From: Ylistrum balloti
Lineage: Eukaryota
Length of the DNA: 64,000 nt
Direction: 5' to 3'
Assembly: GCF_031769215.1 (NCBI RefSeq)
Contig: NW_026782301.1
Span: forward strand, 124,001-188,000
Part shown: in pieces, positions 27,301 to 37,185 of the stretch
How positions within the stretch are numbered: the first letter of the stretch is position 1
Layout of the letters: the number at the start of each line of letters is the position of its first letter
Made by a program: the position numbers and the translations under genes
The notes under the pieces: model-generated
The model's database searches: none
Seen by the model: only the letters and a program-made list of their open reading frames with translations
Told to the model about the DNA's origin: nothing

Positions 27301-29423
27301 GCATGGCCATCCTACATATTCACATGTAGAAAACAGTAAACATCAAGCTGGCATTAAGTTAAAACTTCCAAGGCCACTTCAAATGTTATAGTCAAGTCTT
27401 GTCGAAAGTCTGATCAACTCCTATATAACATATTCAACACCTTAGATTTTTAATACAGTTTTCTACTGCCAAATAGGTTCATTTGTAAAACATGTCGCAA
27501 AACACAGACATCCTTTGTGACAAACTTGTGCTGGTACTTGACATACCTAAAACATCTACAGGTATCTTTTGGTATCTGTTATCCGTGTATAGGGCAGACA
27601 GAATTCAAAGGTCCCTTGTTTGCCGTTAATACCAGGCATCTGACAAGCTTAAAGGCGATACATGAGTCAGGTGCTAGATTTCTTAACAACCCGCTCTATG
27701 TTGCCTAACACTTGTTACCTTTGTAGACGATTTAAATGGAGCTTTCAGAGTAAATAAGTGAGGATATAAATGACATATGCCGTAGTGTAACCTAGTATAT
27801 TTGTAGTGGAGCCTACACAGGAAAAATTCCTGAAGAAGATCATGTGAAACACAAGATCATTTCAGCAATTTACAGATAATGTACAAAATCCATACATTTG
27901 GGGCATTCATGTGAACTCAAAGAGAAAAGGAAATAATGTCAGGGGGTCAAGGTCATTATGTCACCATCCAGGATTATCTTTGAATATTGCACATGCTTTA
28001 TAATTTTCTAAAAGGAATATTGATCTTATATATCTTTATCTACATTATAAACAGGACAACAGATATACCAGTATTTATCTACATTATAAACAGGACAACA
28101 GATATACCAGTATTTATCTACATTATAAACAGGACAACAGATATACCAGTATTTATCTACATTATAACCAGGACAACAGATGTACCAATATTTATCCACA
28201 TTATAACCAGGACAACAGATGTACCAATATTTATCCACATTATAAACAGGACAACAGATGTACCAGTATCTATCTACATTATAAACAGGACAACAGATGT
28301 ACCAGTATCTATCTACATTATAAACAGGACAACAGATGTACCAGTATCTATCTACATTATAAACAGGACAACAGATGTACCAGTATCTATCTACATTATA
28401 AACAGGACAACAGATGTACCAGTATCTATCTACATTATAAACAGGACAACAGATATACCAGTATCTATCTACATTATAACCAGGACAACAGATATACCAG
28501 TATTTATCTACATTATAAACAGGACAACAGATATACCAGTATTTATCTTCATTATAAACAGGACAACAGATATACCAGTATTTATCTACATTATAAACAG
28601 GACAACAGATATACCAGTATTTATCTACATTATAAACAGGACAACAGATATACCAGTATTTATCTTCATTATAAACAGGACAACAGATATACCAGTATTT
28701 ATCTACATTATAAACAGGACAACAGATATACCAGTATTTATCTTCATTATAAACAGGACAACAGATATACCAGTATTTATCTTCATTATAAACAGGACAA
28801 CAGATATACCAGTATTTATCTACATTATAAACAGGACAACAGATATACCAGTATTTATCCACATTATAAACAGGACAACAGATATACCAGTATTTATCTT
28901 CATTATAAACAGGACAACAGATATACCAGTATTTATCTACATTATAAACAGGACAACAGATATACCAGTATTTATCTTCATTATAAACAGGACAACAGAT
29001 ATACCAGTATTTATCTTCATTATAAACAGGACAACAGATATACCAGTATTTATCTACATTATAAACAGGACAACAGATATACCAGTATTTATCTCCATTA
29101 CAACCAGGACAACAGATATACCAATATTTTATGCTATCTCACCAACAATGAGATGCCAAAGTGTTTTCTGTACCTGTCGTTTGTGTCTACATGAATAAAT
29201 CACAAGAAACCAGTTGTTTCCACCTACTTGTTCATAATTATAGTGACCTTGACCTTCTGTCATACATGCATGTAGTACTTCACCGAGTACAATGACAATA
29301 TGTAAATGAACTCACCTTTTCCAAAAAGGCATTGGCCCACTTTGTGAAAGTCTTTTTCTGTATATAGACTCTCTCATCCTGCAGGGCCTTTATACGCCCT
29401 TTTTCAAAGTTCTGAATGTCCAT
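3110..29423 (-). CDS. SPTBN5: Beta-heavy spectrin (karst/sma-1/SPTBN5-like), first 19 coding exons; 3'-incomplete (continues left of window)
   Basis: Joined exons 29316-29423, 20660-20827, 16642-16758, 16139-16209, 13984-14064, 13068-13183, 12619-12731, 11180-11367, 10786-10968, 10239-10281, 9939-10070, 9606-9688, 8817-8955, 8442-8650, 8100-8277, 7558-7758, 4510-4605, 3476-3589, 3110-3322 give 2553 nt without stops. All introns are GT-AG with matching phases. Domain order is CH1, CH2, spectrin repeats, then SH3 at about residue 830; an SH3 domain in a beta chain is diagnostic of beta-H spectrin. Confidence 0.95.
3476..3589 (-). CDS. SPTBN5: beta-H spectrin coding exon 18 ([17 protein letters not shown]…SEHN)
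   Basis: ttcag|GCT acceptor, AAT|gttagt donor, 38 codons. Confidence 0.9.
4071..4201. repeat. 57-bp tandem duplication (~2.3 copies)
   Basis: ttgtgttattctaggta at 4071, 4128 and 4185. Confidence 0.9.
4510..4605 (-). CDS. SPTBN5: beta-H spectrin coding exon 17 ([15 protein letters not shown]…[10 protein letters not shown])
   Basis: ttacag|TAC acceptor, CAG|gtaaat donor, 32 codons; spectrin-repeat helix A with conserved Trp. Confidence 0.93.
5493..7559. repeat. 44-bp minisatellite, ~47 copies, abutting the exon-16 donor
   Basis: Unit agttaacaagtgataggcctaggtttactcatggagtacctgta; variants atgg/cagg/caag and gtgata/gttata. Confidence 0.97.
7558..7758 (-). CDS. SPTBN5: beta-H spectrin coding exon 16 ([10 protein letters not shown]…DGIEAHQ)
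   Basis: catcag|GCC acceptor, CAG|gtactc donor, 67 codons. Confidence 0.92.
7878..7955. repeat. 36-bp tandem duplication (2 copies)
   Basis: tttttatatttacacataaacc(a/c)aaagtggcaaaac at 7878 and 7914. Confidence 0.9.
8100..8277 (-). CDS. SPTBN5: beta-H spectrin coding exon 15 (VNDMSNVR…LLKKHE)
   Basis: acacag|G acceptor, GAG|gtaata donor, 1 nt + 59 codons. Confidence 0.92.
8442..8650 (-). CDS. SPTBN5: beta-H spectrin coding exon 14 ([12 protein letters not shown]…KAYE)
   Basis: tttcag|AAC acceptor, AG|gtttac donor, 69 codons + 2 nt. Confidence 0.9.
8817..8955 (-). CDS. SPTBN5: beta-H spectrin coding exon 13 ([12 protein letters not shown]…ELKEVE)
   Basis: ttgtag|A acceptor, GAG|gtaata donor, 1 nt + 46 codons. 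Confidence 0.9.
9606..9688 (-). CDS. SPTBN5: beta-H spectrin coding exon 12 ([20 protein letters not shown]…)
   Basis: ttacag|AAA acceptor, AC|gtgagt donor, 27 codons + 2 nt. Confidence 0.9.
9852..9956. repeat. 50-bp tandem duplication spanning the exon-11 donor
   Basis: tta(t/c)ctacccttgccaagatttcag at 9881 and 9931. Confidence 0.85.
9939..10070 (-). CDS. SPTBN5: beta-H spectrin coding exon 11 (GEIRESWL…[13 protein letters not shown])
   Basis: ctccag|GGT acceptor, AGG|gtaggt donor, 44 codons. Confidence 0.92.
10239..10281 (-). CDS. SPTBN5: beta-H spectrin coding exon 10 ([14 protein letters not shown])
   Basis: ttttag|G acceptor, AAA|gtgagt donor, 43 nt; conserved beta-spectrin QExLEQLAxRF motif. 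Confidence 0.92.
10392..10523. repeat. Imperfect local duplication (~70-bp period plus a partial copy)
   Basis: ctaaccagttttgtactgaa(c/g)gcactatccc twice, plus a third ttttgtactgaaggcact. Confidence 0.8.
10786..10968 (-). CDS. SPTBN5: beta-H spectrin coding exon 9 ([15 protein letters not shown]…ALRDEMI)
   Basis: ttacag|G acceptor, AG|gtactg donor, 183 nt. Confidence 0.93.
11180..11367 (-). CDS. SPTBN5: beta-H spectrin coding exon 8 ([10 protein letters not shown]…YRTVEKPP)
   Basis: ctacag|ATC acceptor, AA|gtatga donor, 62 codons + 2 nt; spectrin repeat 1 motif [12 protein letters not shown]. Confidence 0.93.
11537..12614. repeat. 35-bp minisatellite, ~30 copies, starting 4 nt after the exon-7 donor
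   Basis: Unit cttatccacttactgtctagaatgatatattttac, with tctacttcc and gagagat variants; degenerate units run up to the donor. Confidence 0.95.
12619..12731 (-). CDS. SPTBN5: beta-H spectrin coding exon 7 ([27 protein letters not shown]…KRIAK), end of CH2
   Basis: atctag|AT acceptor, AAG|gtaggt donor; [10 protein letters not shown] motif; absent from the ORF track. Confidence 0.94.
13068..13183 (-). CDS. SPTBN5: beta-H spectrin coding exon 6 (PDLIDYDRL…LNNAF…[10 protein letters not shown]), CH2
   Basis: ttgtag|A acceptor, G|gtaagg donor, 116 nt. Confidence 0.94.
13636..13716. repeat. 20-bp tandem repeat, 4 copies
   Basis: ttctgattacaggattcacc x4. Confidence 0.95.
13984..14064 (-). CDS. SPTBN5: beta-H spectrin coding exon 5 ([26 protein letters not shown]), CH2
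   Basis: ttgcag|A acceptor, AG|gtaaga donor, 81 nt; SWRxGLxFNALIH motif. Confidence 0.94.
16139..16209 (-). CDS. SPTBN5: beta-H spectrin coding exon 4 ([23 protein letters not shown]), start of CH2
   Basis: ctttag|GAT acceptor, GG|gtaagt donor, 71 nt; [11 protein letters not shown] motif. Confidence 0.94.
16642..16758 (-). CDS. SPTBN5: beta-H spectrin coding exon 3 ([39 protein letters not shown]), end of CH1
   Basis: ttgcag|GTG acceptor, GTG|gtgaga donor, 39 codons; actinin-type actin-binding signature. Confidence 0.95.
18133..20590. repeat. 35-36-bp minisatellite, ~70 copies, zoned variants
   Basis: Unit gggggtacaagggcttatcattggactacacgtct; variable heptamer ctacacg/ccccgag/ctctcag/ccttaag/cccggag; source of the overlapping ORFs at 18144-20667. 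Confidence 0.97.
20660..20827 (-). CDS. SPTBN5: beta-H spectrin coding exon 2 ([28 protein letters not shown]…KFLATK), CH1
   Basis: ttgcag|GCA acceptor, AAG|gtaaga donor, 56 codons. Confidence 0.95.
21092..21331. repeat. 34-bp minisatellite, ~7 copies
   Basis: cagacttaacacaagttgtacattataaccatat. Confidence 0.95.
24071..24203. repeat. ~26-31-bp imperfect tandem repeat, ~5 copies
   Basis: ttttgacaggtaaccc(g/a)ttacaca. Confidence 0.85.
28034..29127. repeat. 39-bp minisatellite, ~28 copies
   Basis: tttatctacattataaacaggacaacagatataccagta; the 13-codon period gives stop-free frames on both strands. Confidence 0.97.
29316..29423 (-). CDS. SPTBN5: beta-H spectrin coding exon 1 ([36 protein letters not shown])
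   Basis: ATG in GCGATGG context with an in-frame TAG 36 nt upstream; QKKTFTKW motif; AAG|gtgagt donor. The exon starts at an acceptor (ttttctataatccag|) at 29468, so 29424-29468 is 5'UTR. Absent from the ORF track. Confidence 0.93.
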
Positions 29424-30092
29424 CGCCGATTTCCTGGTCTTGTAGGTCAACGAGGACAGCTATTCCATCTGGATTATAGAAAAAAATTTTATAAACAAAT
29501 GTGTACAATGAAAAAATACTTCTGTTCCGAAGGAATATAATTTCATGGAGAATTTGCACTCATTGGTGATCAAACCAAAAACAAAATCAGTCTAGCTCTA
29601 TAATTTTCACTCATTCTATGATCTGGTATTCCCACTGAATTTCTTCTGGGTAATGACCATTTTTTAGTTTTATATTTGTGTAAACAGCTGTACTTTTCAT
29701 CAACCTATAGCAGAGTAACTACCCAAGGTCTAATGTGTTTTCCTAAATATGCCACAGAAAAGAAATTCATGCCCAAAATTGAATTTTTTTATATCAATAC
29801 ATCAGAAAAAACAGCATCAATAGTGCAGTTTTCTATAAGAAAACACTGAATTCTGAAACAATTAATTCCAACCACTAACTTTTTCTCTGTTTAGAACATT
29901 GCATGGTTAAAACTAACGAAGTATAATGGACACCAAGGATGTAATCAATCAAATTTCTGAGAGTACAGGTGTGTGTTTTGACATATATTTGTTTAAAAAG
30001 CATCCTGTCACGTATATTAATAAATAAAAACCTAGTCAGCCAATTCTATACATTTCTGCATGCTATATAGCAATTAAATCTGTCACTGAATA

Positions 30093-31334
30093 AACAAGAG
30101 ATCCCAGAGGGATCTTGGCACCCACCATTTGAGGATCTGTTTTCAGTTCTTGAAGATTTGTTTATTTTTTTTGTTTGTTACAGGTGTTGTAAATGTTCAT
30201 GAACTGGTCTTCATTGAATGTACTAAATGATGGCACAAGATATTTTTATTAAGCACCTATTAGCAAATATCATTTGAAAAAGATCCCAAAGTATTATTAG
30301 ATAGCAGTCAGTTACAGGTGGATAATGGACAATATGCTTGTGCTGTATTACTGTCGACATCCAAGACGGCTGCCTGTGGGCCACCTTGATTTCAAAACAG
30401 TCCAAAAAAGGTACAATGCACAACTAGGGACCAAGGGAAACCAATATCTATGAAATATCAGAAGGATCCATCCAGTACTTCCTCGGATATAGCAGTAACA
30501 AGATTTTACTCTCAAAATCCAAGATGGCTGCCCGTCGGCCATCTTGAATTCAAATCAGTTCAAAAAAGGTACAATGCACAACTAGGGACCAAGGGGAACC
30601 TGCATATGAAATTTGAGAAAGATCCATCCAGTACTTTCCAAGAAATAGCAGTAACAAACTTTTACATTCAAAATCCAAGATGGCTGCCTGTCTGCCATCT
30701 TAAATTCGAATCAGTCCAAAAAAGGTACAATGCACAACTAGGGACCAAAGGGAAACTGCATATGAAATTTGAGAAAGATCCATCCAGTACTTTCCAAGAA
30801 ATAGCAGTAACAAACTTTTACTTCCAAAATCCAAGATGGCTGCCTGTCGGCCATCTTGAATTCGAATCAGTTCAAAAAAGGTACAATGCACAACTAGGGA
30901 CCAAGGGGAACCTGCATATGAAATTTGAGAAAGATCCATCCAGTACTTTCCAAGAAATAGCAGTAACAAACTTTTACATTCAAAATCCAAGATGGCTGCC
31001 TGTCTGCCATCTTGAATTCGAATCAGTCCAAAAAAGGTACAATGCACAACTAGGGACCAAGGGGAAACTGCATATGAAATTTGAGAACGATCCATCCAGT
31101 ACTTATCCAGAAATAGCGGTAACAAACTTTTACTTCCAAAATCCAAGATGGCTACCTGTCGGCCATCTTGAATGCGAATCAGTTCAAAAATGGTACAATG
31201 CACAACTAGGGACCAAGGGGAACCTGTATATGAAATTTGAGAAAGATCCATCCCGTACTTTTCCAGAAATAGCGGTAACAAGAATTGTTTACGGACGGAC
31301 GGACGGACCACGGACGCAGGGCGATTTGAATAAC
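30093..31334 (+). mobile_element. Pearl/CvA-like (HINE/Helentron-associated) non-autonomous element, copy 1, about six 156-bp core repeats
   Basis: 5' aacaagagatcccagagggatct palindrome and cccacca subterminal motif. caaaatccaagatggc recurs at 30513, 30669, 30825, 30981, 31137 (156-bp period). (ACGG)n lies at about 31290-31307. This architecture matches described bivalve pearl elements. Confidence 0.75.
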
Positions 31335-32523
31335 TTCCACTCTAGGATTTAGTCTACTGCAAGACCTACATACAAACTGTGCTCCTGTGAAGAGAGCTGA
31401 CAGAGAAAGTGTCCAAAAATACATTAGTTTGAATATCAATGGCTTGCAATCATGTTAATTGGTTACCAAACTAGATAAATATGCAAATCATCCGATTTAT
31501 CTCTGTTATTAATTTCTGACATTATGCAGTTAACGAACATATTCTGTCCTGAGAAATAGAAGGAATGAGCTAGTAACTAGGTGAAAACTGACTCAGCAGA
31601 TCTGGACATGTTTATTGCTTGTCTATATATCCATCATTAATTTGTCACATTTAAAACACTCAGAACACTTCTTACAGACCCCACAATCTGAATGGCATGA
31701 TGATAACACCCAACCCCACCTCTCCCCTTCCCCAATTTTTAGTTCTTTCCAGAACAATATATCATACATCTGTTCTGAATGAGGTGACCTTCAATCTTTG
31801 ACCCCAAATCAATATTGTTATCCTTTGAAGTTAGCTTAGATTGTAGGCAATTTTCCTACCTAGTAAATACATCAGAGTCATTAGCTTAAAATAGTAACCA
31901 AGCACCTGCCCACCAAAGCACCTATTAACAGGTTTGTGGAATCAATAACTAACAAGTCTTGGCTATATCACAACTAATGCTTTTTGACCTCTGTGTTGAC
32001 CTCTGAAGTATGACTCCAAGAATCAATAGGATCTGCAACTCTAACACATACACCCAGAGATAGAACAGTAAGTGTGATAGCTAACAGAAATAAAGGTTTT
32101 ATACATCTCTCCATATACAACAAACCTTACATAATTTGATTTTAAACATACATAGTGTTCATATTTGGTAAAACTGAATTTTGTGGACTTGAAATTGAAA
32201 AGACCAATAATCTTTTAAGTTTGTCTTTTAAGCAACCTTAAATCGCATGGAGGTAAGCATGCTTAAAGGTTTTACAACAAATTCTAAGAAATGTTTCTGG
32301 GCGAAATATGAAAACATGACAACAGTACAGTATTCACGTTTGGCTATTCTGACCAAGTCATCTGTTGTATCTCTTCAATGCTAAAGAAGAATACTGTTTT
32401 ATTGTTTTAATTATGGTAACTTCCCAAGACTTATTTGATTGTTTGGTATTCTTGACTTTTAGAGCAAACAGAGCTCGAGGTATGGATCGTTTCTTTTATA
32501 CTTTAGCAAAAAGATGAAAAAGA

Positions 32524-33289
32524 TGAAAAAGATCCCAAAGTATTATTAGATAGCAGTCAGTTACAGGTGGATAATGGACAATATGCTTGTGCTGTATTAC
32601 TGTCGACATCCAAGATGGCTGCCTGTGGGCCACCTTGATTTCAAATCAGTCCAAAAAAGGTACAATGCACAACTAGGGACCAAGAGAAACCAATATCTAT
32701 GAAATATCAGAAGGATCCATCCAGTACTTCCTCAGATATAGCAGTAACAAGATTTTACTCTCAAAATCCAAGATGGCTGCCTGTCAGCCATCTTGTTTTC
32801 GGATCAGTCCAAAAAGGTATAATGCACAACTTGGAACCAAAGGGAACCTGCATATGAAATTTGAGAAAGATCCATCCAGTACTTTCCAAGAAATAGCAGT
32901 AACAAACTTTTACATTCAAAATCCAAAATGGCCACCTGTCTGCCATCTTGAATTCGAATCAGTCCAAAAAAGGTACAATGCACAACTAGGGACCAAGGGG
33001 AAACTGCATATGAAATTTGAGAAAGATCCATCCAGTACTTTCCAAGAAATAGCAGTAACAAACTTTTACTTCCAAAATCCAAGATGGCTACCTGTCGGCC
33101 ATCTTGAATTCGAATCAGTCCAAAAAAGGTACAATGCACAACTAGGGACCAAGGGGAACCTGCATATGAAATTTGAGAAAGATCCATCCAGTACTTTTCC
33201 AGAAATAGCGGTAACAAGAATTGTTTACGGACGGACGGACGCAGGGCGATTTGAATAACCCACCATCTATTAGATAGATGGTGGGCTAC
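32524..33289 (+). mobile_element. Pearl/CvA-like element, copy 2, about four 156-bp cores, 5'-truncated, with 3' hairpin
   Basis: Near-identical to 30275 onward; (ACGG)3 at about 33227-33240; terminal palindrome cccaccatct-attagat-agatggtggg at about 33259-33285. Confidence 0.75.
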
Positions 33290-35386
33290 AAACTCACACA
33301 TACCAATTAAAGGGAAGTAGTATGGGGTGGTTAGTGGGACGTGTTGTAAAATAAATACAGGTGAATAATAAAATTAGTTTGCGAATAAGAAAACTTTAAA
33401 AATCAATATGGCGTCACGGTGTCTGAAAAATGCTGCTGAAGTGGGGTTTTCAATAGCCCCACAGGGGCAAACTGAACCCAGGTCAGACAAAACGGGGATC
33501 ACCGAAGCCCCACAGGGGCCAATCATACTGACCAGTCAGTGATCACCTGACTTAATTACCATACATACATTTACATATAAACTGAAACATCACGTACATA
33601 AAACCTAAGTATGTGTGAACCTTTATCGTACAAAAATATGTCTATAAATAGACATTTGCTTTATGTCCTGCTAAAGTATAAAAGAAATGATCCATACCTC
33701 GAGCTCTGTTTGCTCTAAATGGCAAGAAAAGAATATCCAACAATCAAATTGGCTGTAAAATCTTGGCATACCTTTTTTTAGAATAGGGAATCCCGTTTAT
33801 TTTCAACCTAGTTTAATTAACATGTACATATAAAAATTTCATAATAACATATTTGGAGCAAAGGTGAGCGCCACCCACAATTCTAAAGAAGAATACTATT
33901 TTTTTGTTTTAATTATGGTAACTTCCCACTACTTAGTGCTGAATGACTAATGCAGAACAGAAAGAAATTTCATTTATCAGTATAATAAAATAATCTTCCG
34001 TATAAAACCAATGTTTAATTGTAGTATTTGTATATCTATAGTCTAGGAATGGCCATTAGATTTCCTTACAAGATTTATGCTATCCTGATTTGGTATGTCT
34101 AGATCTCTCACAGAATGATACACAAATTGTGGTTGAGGTAAGTCTTTTATATCGCAGCACACTAGGGTGATCACACCATTCACAATCTCCTTTTCTGCTT
34201 GAAATAAATGTACTGAAATTTCCCATCGTAATAGAAGCTTTGACGTAAAGTACGACATGCTGGTTATACATACCTGAATACATGACCCGTGAAAAGTTTC
34301 CTGGTGCACTAACTTTGTAATACTGTTGAGGATATGTTTTAATTCTATGGGAAGAGCAACACCAGTATATAGGTACTCCAGCATGAAGTTCTGACCCAGG
34401 CATGGAGCTTTTGAAAACTGAACACCTTTAGATTCATTAAGACTTGAATTTTTTAACACTGTCCATTAAGGTTTGAGCAACCTGCCCTTTAAGCTGTCCA
34501 ACCACAGCAGACCTCCAACCACTCAATGATAGGCTGAAACAGTGTTCTGAGAAGCCTGGACTACTCTTGTGTAATATATAATCGATGATGAGGCAAATTG
34601 TAAAATTTGTAGCATGGTTGTAAGTTTGAATGTTTTATTTCAATATCCTTCACAATAAAAACAAGATCTACCCAGTAGAAAGCATTCCTCTGTTTGAAAC
34701 CCGAGTTGCCTTATAGTATTTAATACAGAGACATGAAATATAAACTGCCAATTAGACAAAAAACAAATTCTGAAAATAAAAATAATCAAGGTTCCTTACA
34801 ATGGATTTAAAAAGGACTTCATAAAAAAACATGCAGGTTGCAGTTTATAAACCTAGACACATATATTTCTCCAATCTGAAACCATGCAGCTCTATTTCAA
34901 CAAAGGAAAAAACCATTTAACTGCATCACTGTATGATTTACCTGAACAGGTAAAACTAGATACATATACCAGTTTAGTACACTGTGACACATAAGGACAC
35001 ACATATCAGTGTTCTACATGACATATAAAACTCTTCCATAAACATACGCAAAATTTTCACTCCCCCAAAAAAATGTAAAATATTTTTCTATCAATGTATC
35101 AAGTTTAGAATGGAAGCTGTGCTTTCATTTATCACTGGCCAGCAATGATATACCTGAGAATGTCTGTATTATGTGATATCCTTTACAGGTGTAATAATGA
35201 GGACTTAAGAACTAAATATTTATGTTAAAAACTAGGCATTTTTTGTCGTGCCATTGCACTTCTTATGCAAGGTGCCCCGCGAAATCAGGTCGTTAATCAA
35301 TTCGAACATTTGCTGTCTCATCCAAAGACCACATGCCATAGTTAACCTAGAAATTCCTTATTGCGTTTCTTTTTCCTCTCAGTATA

Positions 35387-35608
35387 TGTTGTAACAGCAT
35401 GTCACACCTTCATATATTGTAACATGTCACACCTTCATATATTGTTACAGCATATCACACCTTTATATATTGTCACACCTTTATATCTTGTAACAGTATG
35501 TCACATCTTTATATATTGTCACACCTTTATTTATTGTAACAGTATGTCACACCTTTATATATTGTCACACCTTTATATATTGTAACAGCATATCACATCT
35601 TTATATAT
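35387..35608. repeat. 17-27-bp imperfect repeat (gtcacacctttatatatt core)
   Basis: Repeated gtcacacctttatatatt with optional gtaacag(c/t)at spacer. Confidence 0.88.
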
Positions 35609-35865
35609 TATGATATCACCACCATCTGTTGCATGCCAGCTTTTTCAGTGAGGCTCCAATACTTCTCTAGATGATGCATTACATTTAATTAAAAGCAAAA
35701 ACTGTGCCAAAGCCAGCATTCAATATTACTCCTTTTTACTGCCTGTACAGGTAACATCATCTACCTTAATTAAGGACCTTTACTACAACCAGCATCAATC
35801 TACTGGTAAACCATGGTCAGACAACATTGGATATTTTTGTTATTAGTCTTTTTAGGGGCCTGTAC

Positions 35866-36711
35866 CTGTATCTCTCTCATAAGTCTTATCAGGGACCAGT
35901 ATCCCTCTCGTAAGTCTTATTAGGGACAAGTGTCCCTCTCGTAAGTCTTATTAGGGGGGTGGTCCAGTATCACTTTCCAGCCTTATTAGGGACAAGTATC
36001 CCTCTCATAAGTCTTATTAGGGACCAGTATCCCTCTTGTAAGTCTTATTAGGGACAAGTATCCCTATCGTAAGTCTTATTAGGGACAAGTATCCCTCTCG
36101 TAAGTCTTATTAGGGACCAGTATCCCTCTCGTAAGTCTTATTAGGGACCAGTTTTCGTCTAGTAAGTCTTATTAGGGAGAAGTATCCCTCTCGTAAGTCT
36201 TATTAGGGACCAGTATCCCTCTCGTAAGTCTTATTAGAGACCAGTATCCCTCTTGTAAGTCTTATTAGGGACAAGTATCCCTCTCGTAAGTCTTATTAGG
36301 GACCAGTATCCCTCTCGTAAGTCTTATTAGAGACCAGTATCCCTCTTGTAAGTCTTATTAGGGACAAGTAACCCTCTCGTAAGTCTTATTAGGGACCAGT
36401 ATCCCTCTCGTAAGTCTTATTAGGGACCAGTATCCCTCTCGTAAGTCTTATTAGGGACCAGTTTTCGTCTAGTAAGTCTTATTAGGGACAAGTATCCCTC
36501 TCGTAAGTCTTATTAGGGACAAGTAACCCTCTCGTAACTGCTATTTGGGGGGTGGTCCAGTATCACTTTCCAGCCTTATTAGGGACAAGTATCCGTCTCG
36601 TTAGTCTTATTAGGGGCAAGTATCCCTCTTGTAAGTCTTATTAGGGACAAGTATCCCTCTCATAAGTCTTATTAGGGGGGGGGTCCAGTATCACTTTCCA
36701 GCCTTATTAGG
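35866..36711. repeat. 31-bp minisatellite, ~25 copies
   Basis: gtaagtcttattagggaccagtatccctctc; three longer ggggggtggtccagtatcactttccagcc variants near the ends. Confidence 0.95.
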
Positions 36712-37139
36712 AACCTGTTTGAATAACATCATGTTTCATCCTATTAAGGGTCCTATACCTATATTACTCTCACCAGTCAATTGTATAACCCCATTCTCAT
36801 ATTTGTCAGCATCCATCTTGCAAGTATATTTTTGGAGCATTTTGATTCTATTAGAGATAACAATTATAAAATGGCTCTGGTCTATTGTCACAGGTAATGA
36901 TTTTCTGTCATGGTAATGGATGGGCTTTATACATACTTTTCATCAAAGATAATGTATTTTCTAATGTAGCTATGGATTGTAAATCTTTACAAAAAGATCA
37001 ATCATGCAATAACAATATAGACAACCATGGTTTTTGTTCCCATTACCAATCCATGATGCAAATCTCAATCACTAACTAACATCTAATGATAGTTAAACCG
37101 ATAAAGAGAAGTGGTTTTATAATGATGGTATCAACACAC

Positions 37140-37185
37140 ACCAGGGTCAATGTACAACCAGAAGACCCCGTTTAACATTCAAAGA
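37140..37185 (-). mobile_element. Possible decayed tRNA-derived SINE fragment
   Basis: Minus-strand gaatgttaaacggggtcttctggttgtac resembles the gacgttaaacggggtccc-type core of molluscan SINEs (recalled similarity only). Confidence 0.3.

Noticed and set aside
27828-27852. CTGAAGA…GAAAC hammerhead-like words (also CGAAAC on the minus strand at ~53050)
   Set aside because: No convincing stems I-III or core spacing
27987-29198. 403-aa (+) and 278-aa (-) ORFs with 13-aa repeats
   Set aside because: The 39-bp unit is stop-free in one frame per strand; no unique domain, splice context or promoter support
30450-31352. 300-aa ORF as a transposase or host gene
   Set aside because: It is a 52-aa repeat from the 156-bp core of a non-autonomous element, with no Rep/helicase, DDE or RT motifs
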